Source: Raphidiopsis brookii D9 (GTDB taxonomy: Bacteria; Cyanobacteriota; Cyanobacteriia; Cyanobacteriales; Nostocaceae). From it: a DNA stretch of 32,000 bases. A program made the position numbers and the translations under genes. The DNA is taken from positions 1-32,000 of the forward strand of contig ACYB01000001.1 of NCBI GenBank assembly GCA_000175855.1, read 5' to 3'. The notes beneath the pieces are model-generated. The model was not told the DNA's origin. It did not search any database and saw only the letters and a list, made by a program, of their open reading frames with translations. Positions 1 through 8,968 of the stretch are shown here, in pieces. Every line of letters begins with the position of its first letter. The first letter of the stretch is position 1.

Positions 1-3
1 CTT

Positions 4-392
4 GAGACAAGAAGTGTTTTCTTCCCTGGGACTGTTGTTTTGGATAGGGTAAGTGGAAATGTGAGTTGTTTAATAGCATTGGATCCCCGCCAACCCCCCT
101 TAAAAAGGGGGGGCTTTTAGACTAAACACGATGTATATAAAATATTTATATTGTGAAGTCTGTTAAGTATAATATGGTGAGCTCGCTCTTTTAACCACCG
201 TTAATTTTAATAGGTTCTGTACTATGGTTTTTTCTTTCTCCCTAGGATTTACTCCATCCATTACAATATAAGCAGCTCCAATTCATCATAAACCAACTAA
301 AAACAATTAGCCCCCCTTTTTAAGGGGGGTTGGGGGGATCAAGAAAATTTAAACCTTCTTAGGGGGTATTTGAAACTGATTACTCTTTAGGA
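4..392. repeat. Copy 1 of a ~385-bp direct repeat (copy-to-copy offset ~437 bp)
   Basis: Aligns by eye to 443-827. The central ~190 bp are identical, with scattered SNPs/indels elsewhere and a more divergent first ~45 nt. A 50-bp unique spacer (393-442) separates the copies. Confidence 0.85.
82..340. mobile_element. MITE-like non-coding element bounded by ~31-33-nt terminal inverted repeats (copy 1)
   Basis: Left arm 82-114 is 'gatccccgccaaccccccttaaaaagggggggc'. Right arm 310-340 is 'gcccccctttttaaggggggttggggggatc', its near-perfect reverse complement. Each arm also holds a C6TT/AAG6 hairpin. The ~195-bp AT-rich core has no ORF of 60 aa or more. No target-site duplication was identified. 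Confidence 0.45.
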
Positions 393-442
393 TAATACCT
401 GCAGCGCACTCGCACACTCCCGATGATGCTCAAAATTCCCTG

Positions 443-827
443 GAGAGAAGAGTGTTTATTCTGTGAGACTGTTGGTTTTTATAGGGTAAGTGGAAATGTG
501 AGTTGTTTAATAGCATCGGATCCCCCCCAACCCCCCTTAAAAAGGGGGGCTTTTAGATTAAACATGATATATATAAAATATTTATATTGTGAAGTCTGTT
601 AAGTATAATATGGTGAGCTCGCTCTTTTAACCACCGTTAATTTTAATAGGTTCTGTACTATGGTTTTTTCTTTCTCCCTAGGATTTACTCCATCCATTAC
701 AATATAAGCAGCTCCAATTCATCATAAACCAACTAAAAACAATTAGCCCTGCTTTTTAAGGGGGTTGGGGGGATCAAGAGAATTTAAACCTTCTTAGGGG
801 GTATTTGAAACTGATTACTCTTTAGGA
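443..827. repeat. Copy 2 of the ~385-bp direct repeat, ending 10 bp from the pglX stop codon
   Basis: Same sequence as 4-392, e.g. 'gtaagtggaaatgtgagttgtttaatagcat' and 'ctgattactctttagga' occur in both copies. Confidence 0.85.
519..775. mobile_element. MITE-like element bounded by terminal inverted repeats (copy 2, right arm degenerate)
   Basis: Left arm 519-550 is 'gatcccccccaaccccccttaaaaaggggggc'. Right arm 746-775 is 'gccctgctttttaagggggttggggggatc', which carries 2 substitutions and 1 deletion in the hairpin. Confidence 0.4.
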
Positions 828-836
828 AAGGAGGGT

Positions 837-2177
837 CTATTTTTTCCACTGAGATGCTTTTTCTAAATCTGCCATTTTTAAATCGCTACCCTCATAAACT
901 AGTCCTTTAAATCGACAGTAGTTATATGCTACACCATCATCTAAATCTAGTTTAATTCGAGCATCGGCTAAATGTTGCAGTTTTTCTTGATATTCTGCTA
1001 GTTCTGACTGTTGGTCTTGTAATTCTTTGAGACGCTTACTAGCAATTTTTTTATCTGCATTGTTGGTGCTGATTTCCAGTTGTTTTTGATATTTAGTGAT
1101 TTCTCCTTCTAGTTTGATTTGCAGTTCTAACACATAGTCTGTGCGCATACGAGCCAGGGCATCTTCCTGGTAACGGTGTAAATAGATTAAGGCATTAAAG
1201 GCTCGTTTTTTTCCGCTAGTGAATAACCAGTATATGGGACGTTTTTTATAGGTTTGGATATGGTCGGAGATAAATTCTTGCAGAAAGTAGCGTTGGATCC
1301 TTTCTCGCGGACTTTCCCCATTTTTGAGGGTGAGGGTGTCAGCAATAAATTTCAGGTTTTCGCTGCAAGTATCTGCACTGTAGGCAATTTGGATAAATTC
1401 TTCAAAACGGGTAATGATGTCATCGGTAAAATAGGTTTGATCTGTGATGGGAATTATGGCATGATTGCTAGCTGGGAACTGTTGGTGGAGAGATGGGTCA
1501 AAGGGGTTTCCAGCATGAATGATGCCAGGTTTGTCAAGACTATACCTGCCCATGATACAACCTACTATGTAGGACAGGAGGGAACGGATATCTCGTTGTT
1601 GATCTGCACGGTTGATTGTAATTTGGTCTTCTGGGACTTCTGGAGTTAATTCTGTTTCTAGTCCGTAGGTTTGGATCCAGTAGCGGTTATTTTCTTCTTC
1701 TAGGAGTTGCAGTTGTCGGAATGCGGTTTCTGATTGGTTTTGCCATTGGGTGAAGCATTGGGAGATGGAGGGGGAATTGTGGCGCAATAATGGATGGGTT
1801 AGGAAGTCCCAGGAGGTTTCAAGGTTATCCCAATCTTGACGAGAAATGTTAATTGCCTGATCTATATTTTCAGTGATCTTAATTTGGGCTGTGTCGATAG
1901 TATTATTAAGTATTGGAAAATTTGATATTTGTCCAACTTCAAAATTTAATGTTGGAGAAAGTGAGCCTGTTGTACCATTCATAACAGGTGAATTCATCAC
2001 TCCTAAAATTGCTTTAATTATAGTTTTATCATTTGAAAATATTGACATACCTGCATCCGCAAAAATAAACCCTTGGGGATAAAATCTCAACGAAAAATAA
2101 CTACTTGTTACCTTGGACCAACTTACACTTTCTTTAAAATATTTATCTGTATTTTGGGGACGTGATCTAGGTTTCAT
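837..2177 (-). pseudogene. pglX: pglX fragment: C-terminal portion (446-aa ORF; the frame stays open upstream to about 2310)
   Basis: Reading the same frame upstream of 2177 gives 'KKWFPYNKGGEFRKWYGNQQYVVNWENDGFEIRNFGIEYG' before the first Met. The C-terminal 'LDLDDGVAYNYCRFKG' matches the typical PglX tail. Confidence 0.85.
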
Positions 2178-2277
2178 TCCATATTCAATGCCAAAATTAC
2201 GAATCTCAAAACCATCATTTTCCCAATTAACAACATATTGTTGATTCCCATACCATTTTCTAAATTCTCCGCCTTTA

Positions 2278-4458
2278 TTATAGGGAAACCATTTTTTTCC
2301 AGATTTTTTTAGCAGCTTCCCGGTTATCTAATCCAAACCCTATATTATTAATATTAACTTCTGTCCATAAGCGCAAAAATTTATCATTATTGCCGGTTTG
2401 CAATCCAACACATGGAGATGCAATATCATTTAGAGGTTTAGATTCCTGAAAAATCTCTAAAACTCTCTCACTTACCCAATAGGCGATCGCACTTCCTGGA
2501 ATTTTAGAGAAATTTTCTGATGTGACATAAAAGACACCTGTACCATCTGAGGACTTTGCATTACGAACATTATTCATTGCGGGAAATATTTTTGGTTTTT
2601 CACCATTTTCATCTAAATCTTCTGTTTCAATCCATGTATATGAACCAATACAATTTTGATTATCTTTTTTACGTAAACTAAAAGCGGAAGTGCCGAAAGC
2701 AATTTTCATTACATTATTATCCATGTGAAGCAATGTCAGAATTGAATAATCATTTAATATATGTTTCCTCAAATGTTCATAGCTACTCAAAAACATCCAT
2801 GATTGCATAACTACCATTGCTGTCATTCCTTCATCTCTGGTTATTTTAATCAACCGTTCCATGAAAACGGCAAATAAATCTCCTTTACTTTTTTTGTAGT
2901 ATTTTTCGGCAAAAGATTTAATGGTTTCGTTAAAACTCCTATTACCCATATAGGGAGGATTTGCGACCACTACCCAATACTTATTAGTCAATAATTCAGC
3001 TTGACGAATTAAACTATCTAAAAAAGCAATATCTTTTCCCTTCAAAATAGGATTACTCAACTCCAAATCTGCCAATTGCTTTCTCAAAATAGTGCCATCA
3101 AAAGATGGCGGTGTGATCAAACTTCCTAAATTATCTGCATCTACAAAAGCACCCAGTAATGGTTGCCAATCCTTCTCCATCAATTTCCCTGTAGTTGGTA
3201 ACTTATACCCCCGTGTACAGCGCACAGTTTTAATATTCAAAGCAGGAACATTCCTAAAAATACGCTTATTTATAGCCCTTGCCTTCATTAAAACTGCAAA
3301 ACTCGCTAACTGTACAGCTCTCTCATCTATGTCCAATCCATACAAATTGTGACTCAGGATAAGTCCGGGAATATCCTTTTCCAAATATCCCTGCTCCTTA
3401 TAAATTTCCATCAATAAATCGAAAGCATAGACCAAAATATGTCCACTTCCACAAGCAGGATCAATTACTGTTAACTCCTCCGGTGTCAAAGCAATTCCTG
3501 GACTTACCTTTTCTTTCAACAATCCCAACAATGGAGCTGTATCCGATACTTTTGATTCTTCTTGTTCTTCCCCACCCCTGATTTTTTCACCCTCCAAATA
3601 ATAGGGCATTTTTTCCCGTAATTTTGATTGGGGGTGGTTTTCTAACCATAACCTACCTAAACTATTTTCCACCATATACTGCACAATCCACCGAGGTGTG
3701 AATAGTTGGGTTGCTGCTGGTATATCCTTAGCTTCTACCTTAGATTTGGCTCCAATTACCTGGTCTTTGCGCTCAGAAATATAAAATTGATATAGCCATC
3801 CCACTATCTCTATATCTTCCCATTCCTCCTGGGCAATTTCTTTCACCAGTCTCCCAATGATTGAATCTTGACCTAGTAGATTAACTGGCAAAAGTAATGC
3901 TGGATACCTCGTATCAAACAAGGCTGGTATACTAGAAGACAAAGCCTGACATTGAGCTAATAATAATTGACGATATAGATATTCTTCTGGGTTGGTCTGT
4001 TGACTTGCTAGATCCTCCCATTGTTTTAGGGTTTGTTGGTTAATTCCAGCTATTTCTCCCGTGTCTGCTATGGAATCCCTATCTCGCAAAATGTCTGGAT
4101 CTACCAAATTGCGATCGCTACTACTTAAAACCCTTCCGATGTAGCCTTTAACCTCCATAAAGCGCAGTGCTACTAATCGGTTAAACCAGGTATAGGCAAT
4201 TTCCTCAACAAGTATATCCAGCACACTATTAGCTTGTTTGTTTAACTGTTTATCTAAATTTTTAGATACTTGTTGTTCTAATAAATATTTTATATGAGAT
4301 TGTAGTTCTTGATATTGTGTAGCTTCTTGGCTATTGAGTGTTTGTTCCCCACTTAATAAACCTCCTGCAAAATTCCTCTGGTCAGTAATGGTTTTTCCGT
4401 AATGGCAAGTTGGGTAGCACGTGTGCTTACCTGTTCTCTTAGATGGTTCCGTGCCCAA
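2278..4458 (-). pseudogene. pglX: pglX fragment: N-terminal and methyltransferase-core portion (the 726-aa ORF in the track; its first ~22 aa are out-of-frame artefact)
   Basis: The track ORF begins at a TTG, and its residues 'MGTEPSKRTGKHTCYPTCHYGK' overlap the genuine N-terminus, which is encoded in another frame from the ATG at 4490. The fragment contains the NPPY and SAM-binding motifs. Confidence 0.85.
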
Positions 4459-4541
4459 ATGGCAAAGTTCTTGATAGTGGTTCTATTCATATACAAAAGT
4501 TTAATACTAATTTTATTTTTTATTTTTTTATTTTTGACTTT

Positions 4542-4564
4542 TCCCTGGGTTTTTAAACCAGGGA
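4542..4564. other. 7-bp hairpin (tccctgg / ccaggga) next to a ~36-nt T/A tract (4505-4540), between the RNase T2 stop and the pglX start
   Basis: Inverted repeat seen directly. Neither strand has a U-run 3' of the stem, so it is not called as an intrinsic terminator. Confidence 0.5.
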
Positions 4565-4585
4565 ATCTACTGCAGTAAAAAATCT

Positions 4586-5344
4586 TTATTGTGTTAAATT
4601 ACTAACCCCAAACCCATCAACCACAACTTGATTACAAGACTGACCACCACTAGGAAGTAGGAGATCTGCCAGTTTTTGACCAGACTGAGGGCGTTTGATT
4701 TTTAGACGAATTTCTGTGGCAAGATTGTTCGTAGAATCGCATTTAAGGTTCAAACTGGAAGAACTACCACTGCCAAAAGTTCCTTCAAATGCTGTTTTTA
4801 CCTGATCTAGGGAGACTGTTTCACCTATGTGCTCAATAAATAAATTTCGCACTTGAGAATCATTAAATTCCTTCAGTAGGTCTACGGATAGATCATAGTA
4901 ATTATCTGAGTTTCTCCCATCACAGGTTCCATGTTTGATCCATTCATGACGTTCAAGACTAGACTCTCCAAAACCTGGCATTACTTCATCTAATTCATCA
5001 GTAGTTTCCGTATCTACCTCCACTATGGGTAAATCTTTCCAGTTCCCGGTTTTGTCGTTCTCTATATAACTAGCAGAAACATTGCAGTATTCCAGCTTAT
5101 CTGGCCATAATCCATGCAAAGTGAAGTTATTAGCATCGTAACTGGTTGCTGTTTGTTCCTGACATTCTGCTTTGTACCCATGGGTTTCACAAAATCCAGG
5201 TTGCCAGGATAGTGCTAAAGTATATTTTTGAGCGCATCCTTTCGGGGGACAATTATCTGCTATTGCAGTTCCTTGATTAGTAAGTAAGAAAGCTAGTACA
5301 CATGCTACTACTAGTCTTAACGATTGCATAATTCGTACAGTCAT
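4586..5344 (-). CDS. RNase T2 family ribonuclease (RNase I-like) with an N-terminal signal peptide
   Basis: Both catalytic signatures are present: CAS I 'NFTLHGLWPD' and CAS II 'LERHEWIKHGTCDG'. There are 8 Cys. The N-terminus 'MTVRIMQSLRLVVACVLAFLLTNQGTAIA/DN' is signal-peptide-like. The start is set at ATG 5344; the track ORF extends to a GTG at 5368. Confidence 0.9.
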   Translation of the reverse strand: MTVRIMQSLRLVVACVLAFLLTNQGTAIADNCPPKGCAQKYTLALSWQPGFCETHGYKAECQEQTATSYDANNFTLHGLWPDKLEYCNVSASYIENDKTGNWKDLPIVEVDTETTDELDEVMPGFGESSLERHEWIKHGTCDGRNSDNYYDLSVDLLKEFNDSQVRNLFIEHIGETVSLDQVKTAFEGTFGSGSSSSLNLKCDSTNNLATEIRLKIKRPQSGQKLADLLLPSGGQSCNQVVVDGFGVSNLTQ

Positions 5345-5425
5345 AAGTTTAAACTCGCTAGAAAACACACAAAATTTATCACGTTATTATAGAACTGTTG
5401 GGTATAGAATAAATCCACTTGTCAA

Positions 5426-8400
5426 TCATCTTTCCAAACGGATTCTGCAACCTCTTTGAATCTGTTTGAGAAATTCTTCCCGCAATGCTCCCAGATACAC
5501 CTCCACATCTTCTTCATTTTCTAGCACTTTGGTGGGATTAAATCTCCCCACCTGAATGAAGGTGATGGGTTTTGCTGCATGATATGACTTACCCAATTCT
5601 TCTTGAACCTTTTGAGCTTTACCATCTATTTTCTTCCATAACTGGTTTGTCTTGTCGCTTAATTCACTCCGATGGGCGATCGCTGAATCAATAGTTTTTA
5701 TTTCCGATGGGTGAAAATTTTTTATCTCCTGGGGGATCTCAGAAATTTCATTGGCAATTGCTGGGTATTGCTTTTGAATATAATCCCGCATTTCTTTTTC
5801 TTGGTTTTCCATTTCTTGCTGCAGTTCCCCAATCTTTTGTCGGAGGAGTTCCTGTATTTTTTGCTGCACGGGTTCCAGCAATTTTGGCAACTGGTGTATT
5901 ACGCTAGTTGGGTCATCCATCTTGAGAATTTCCTCAACGGATTTTACCCGCTCTAGCAGTTCCTCTTCCTCGATATGGCGCAGTTCTGATTTCAACTCTT
6001 TTAAACTCTGTTGAGCTCCTTGAAATATTTTCAGTTGTGAGTTAAAGAAAGACTTTAACTTTTGTAACTCATCAATATATTCTTCCAGGTCATCCCGACG
6101 ACTACGAACAAGCTGCAAAAACTCCGGTTCATGAGAGTTGTCGGTTCTTAGCTCTTCTAGCATAGCTATGTGGTGTCCCAGCAAATTCCCAAATGGTAAT
6201 TGCTGTTCTTGAGTCAGTTTTAACCATTCTTTTAACCTTTCAACATGGTCCCATAAGAATTCTTTATATGTTTGAAATAGTTTTCCACTCTCCGTAGGTA
6301 TGTCTAGTATATTCTTATCAAGTAATTTACTGGCTAAGTCCCTAGCTACCTTTAAACTAGCTGGATCAATGGTACTAGCCAATTTCACAATATAAGTTTC
6401 TTTCCCCTCACGAGAAAGTAACTTATCTATTAATCCTTCTTCTATATTGACCTTACCTTGTGCGTGTCTCAATTCAACTACACCTGCATTAGCCAATTCT
6501 GCCATTATCCCTAGGGTGTCTAGTTCTGACCAACCATAGGGAGTACGGGTAAACTTATCCATTAAAGATTTAATCGTAGTTGGATGATATTTATTTTGAC
6601 TATGCAAAAAAGATTCCATCTCTTTGTGTGCGGATATATTAACTACCTTATCCGCATCTCCATCGATAGTCCTTTCTTGGATATGACGGGTTAAGGCATT
6701 TTTCACCTGCTCTGGATTTTCAAATCCACTATGGATGTATTGTAACTTGCTATAAGCATTCTTAATTAAATAGGTAAGAGATTGTTTTAACAACTCTGTT
6801 GCAAATTCAGTTCGAGTAATTTCTACTTTATTGCCATAACTAAACACATCCGCACTGGCAATGAGTTTTTTTAGGGTATCTTTGATATTTTCCTCCCGCT
6901 GTGTATTTTCCTCTTTTCGTCCTGCTATAATTTTTTGAATACTAGGACTAAGATTACTACTAGTTTTTTGGCGCAAATACTGATCTGTTTGACTAAACGT
7001 CTCTAAATCTTGCAAAAAGTGATTGTTGTTCCCTATCCTAATTAATAATTCTAAACTGGACTGGGTTGTGATTATACACTTTTCGTTATTCTCAAATTCA
7101 GCATAGTTCTCTCCATAGGGAGTAATAATATGCACAGTCAGTTCTTGTAATTTCTTTCCATAATCACGTTCATCTAACTTACGATTAAATGAATACTTAC
7201 GTTTACCAAATTTGAATTCCCTATCGGTCAAAATTGATTCCCACACCCATTCCTGCAGTTTTTTGTAAATCTCCGTTGGGTTCACCCTTGTGTTTTTAAT
7301 TTCTTTACCAATATCTTGCTCTTCGTTTGTAAGAAATATGTACTCATCTGTATTACGCTGAATTAGGGTTTGTTTTTCCAATCTTCCTAGGGCTTCTGCT
7401 ACTTGTTTTTTCAAACCTAGTCTGTCTTGGTCTATATTGGTTAAACTCAAGGTAGTTAAGTTTTCTATGTTTGTCCTAATCTCTTTAATATATTTAATCA
7501 TAAATAGGGTTTTTAAGAGCTGAATATCAAACTCCTCTAGTTGGGGATTATTCGTAGCCTGAGTAATCACCTGACTAATAACACTATCCAAAAAACCCTC
7601 AATTGCCAAATAAAAAGTATGAAAAGGAACTAACCTACCCAGGGATTGTGCGGAAATTGCTTGAGAAGCAACCTGAAAAGCATCCAGTAAGGAGCGCTCT
7701 CCCGATGCTAAATGTTTACCCGCCGAACCCATTAACCGAATTTGGGTAAACACCTTCTGCAACAGATAAAACTGATAGGGAATAAACGGATAGGCTGCCA
7801 CAAAATCCTGTGCATTCTTATACCCTGGCATATCTGCAGAGTCCTTAAAGGTGATTTGGTTTGTGAGAATGGCAATTTTTTCGGTATATAAATCTTCTAA
7901 ACGTTTTTTGGCTTCCTCAGTTTTAGACAATAACCGTAATTTAATCACCTCATCAGTATTAGCAGAAGATAAATTCAGGGGACGATGAAAACGCCCAATA
8001 ATTTTCGAGAAGTCTTCCCCCTTGATTTTATTTTTGGTGATTTCATCCATAGCTTCTTGGGATGTGACCACCACCCAAGCTCTTCCCTGACTATGGATAC
8101 CCAGATCTTCCACTACTGTTTGCAGATTGAGCATTAATTTGGTGTCTTCGCCAATATACTGACCTACTTCATCTACCATAAAAACTAGGCGATGTTTTGG
8201 TCCCTTGGTGTGCAAATACTCTTTAACTGTTTTGGCAAACTCTTCTGGACTTAAAGTATATTTCTCATTGAACTCTAATAGGCGATTAGCTTGTTCTTCA
8301 CTCATTCCTGTGCTAACTGTTAAAGCAGCAACAATATCATCTTGATAAAAAGCCCAAGCTTCTCGAGTTTCTTCCCAGGATTGTTTGGTTTGGCTATAAA

Positions 8401-8968
8401 AAGCCTCTTTGAAGGACTGATACTTACCCTGACTTTCTAATTGACGTTCAAACCGGGCAATTTCCGGTGTTGTGCCAAAATATCCCAAATGGTCGTCAAA
8501 GACTTTTTGGAATACCTTGGTAATGGTTTCTTTGTCATTTTTATTATTGGCATCGGCCTTAGAATCAATATTAAAGAGAATTACATCACAATGAGTTTGT
8601 GCTGCTAAGGCAATATTTGCCAATAGGGATGGGTCGGGAATTCTTTGGGAATCAAAGTAATCTAAAGCCCGATTATTTCCCACTGAACGATTTTCTAGTA
8701 GATAGGAAAGTATTTTGAGGAAATGAGATTTGCCAGAACCAAAGAATCCCGAAATCCACACGCCCATCTGGTCGGTTGGACTTTCAATTGATTCGGCAAA
8801 TCTGCCAAAAAAAGTATAAAAATGCTTCTTGAGTTCTTCGGTAACTACATACTCTTCTAACTCTTGACGAATATTAGTATCATCCTGCTGTCCCACCTTG
8901 ATGACACCATTAATACTGCGGTTAATATCCTTGGCAAACAGTTCAGTAATGTTCATAGACAGCTCCAT
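5426..8968 (-). CDS. brxC: BREX system P-loop ATPase BrxC/PglY
   Basis: 1180 aa. N-terminus 'NITELFAKDINRSINGVIKVGQ' and Walker A 'GFFGSGKSHFLK', with a long helical C-terminal region. It lies between brxB and pglX. An alternative start at ATG 8956 (MNITELF) is plausible. It overlaps the brxB 3' end by 14-26 nt. Confidence 0.9.
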   Translation of the reverse strand: MELSMNITELFAKDINRSINGVIKVGQQDDTNIRQELEEYVVTEELKKHFYTFFGRFAESIESPTDQMGVWISGFFGSGKSHFLKILSYLLENRSVGNNRALDYFDSQRIPDPSLLANIALAAQTHCDVILFNIDSKADANNKNDKETITKVFQKVFDDHLGYFGTTPEIARFERQLESQGKYQSFKEAFYSQTKQSWEETREAWAFYQDDIVAALTVSTGMSEEQANRLLEFNEKYTLSPEEFAKTVKEYLHTKGPKHRLVFMVDEVGQYIGEDTKLMLNLQTVVEDLGIHSQGRAWVVVTSQEAMDEITKNKIKGEDFSKIIGRFHRPLNLSSANTDEVIKLRLLSKTEEAKKRLEDLYTEKIAILTNQITFKDSADMPGYKNAQDFVAAYPFIPYQFYLLQKVFTQIRLMGSAGKHLASGERSLLDAFQVASQAISAQSLGRLVPFHTFYLAIEGFLDSVISQVITQATNNPQLEEFDIQLLKTLFMIKYIKEIRTNIENLTTLSLTNIDQDRLGLKKQVAEALGRLEKQTLIQRNTDEYIFLTNEEQDIGKEIKNTRVNPTEIYKKLQEWVWESILTDREFKFGKRKYSFNRKLDERDYGKKLQELTVHIITPYGENYAEFENNEKCIITTQSSLELLIRIGNNNHFLQDLETFSQTDQYLRQKTSSNLSPSIQKIIAGRKEENTQREENIKDTLKKLIASADVFSYGNKVEITRTEFATELLKQSLTYLIKNAYSKLQYIHSGFENPEQVKNALTRHIQERTIDGDADKVVNISAHKEMESFLHSQNKYHPTTIKSLMDKFTRTPYGWSELDTLGIMAELANAGVVELRHAQGKVNIEEGLIDKLLSREGKETYIVKLASTIDPASLKVARDLASKLLDKNILDIPTESGKLFQTYKEFLWDHVERLKEWLKLTQEQQLPFGNLLGHHIAMLEELRTDNSHEPEFLQLVRSRRDDLEEYIDELQKLKSFFNSQLKIFQGAQQSLKELKSELRHIEEEELLERVKSVEEILKMDDPTSVIHQLPKLLEPVQQKIQELLRQKIGELQQEMENQEKEMRDYIQKQYPAIANEISEIPQEIKNFHPSEIKTIDSAIAHRSELSDKTNQLWKKIDGKAQKVQEELGKSYHAAKPITFIQVGRFNPTKVLENEEDVEVYLGALREEFLKQIQRGCRIRLER

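Larger units (their letters stand above)
837..4490 (-). pseudogene. pglX: BREX adenine-specific DNA methyltransferase PglX, interrupted by two frameshifts in homopolymer tracts
   Basis: Three collinear reading-frame segments together give a ~1200-aa PglX. Segment 1, 4490->~4392: 'MNRTTIKNFAIWARNHLREQVSTRATQLAITEK'. Segment 2, ~4392->~2300, carries 'EEIAYTWFNRLVALRFME', the SAM motif 'IDPACGSGHIL' and the catalytic 'VVANPPYMG'. Segment 3, ~2300->837, starts 'WFPYNKGGEFRKWYGN' when the 446-aa ORF frame is read upstream of its first Met. It lies directly downstream of brxC. Confidence 0.9.

Noticed and set aside
1-830. The repeats might be a CRISPR array or a DGR template/variable repeat pair
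   Set aside because: There are only two copies, with a ~437-bp period and no short repeat-spacer architecture. No cas or reverse-transcriptase gene is nearby. Differences between the copies are mixed transitions and indels rather than adenine-specific substitutions.
4542-4564. The hairpin between the RNase T2 gene and pglX as a Rho-independent terminator
   Set aside because: On the minus (transcribed) strand an A-rich tract follows the stem, not a U-rich one. On the plus strand the T tract precedes the stem. Neither orientation fits an intrinsic terminator.
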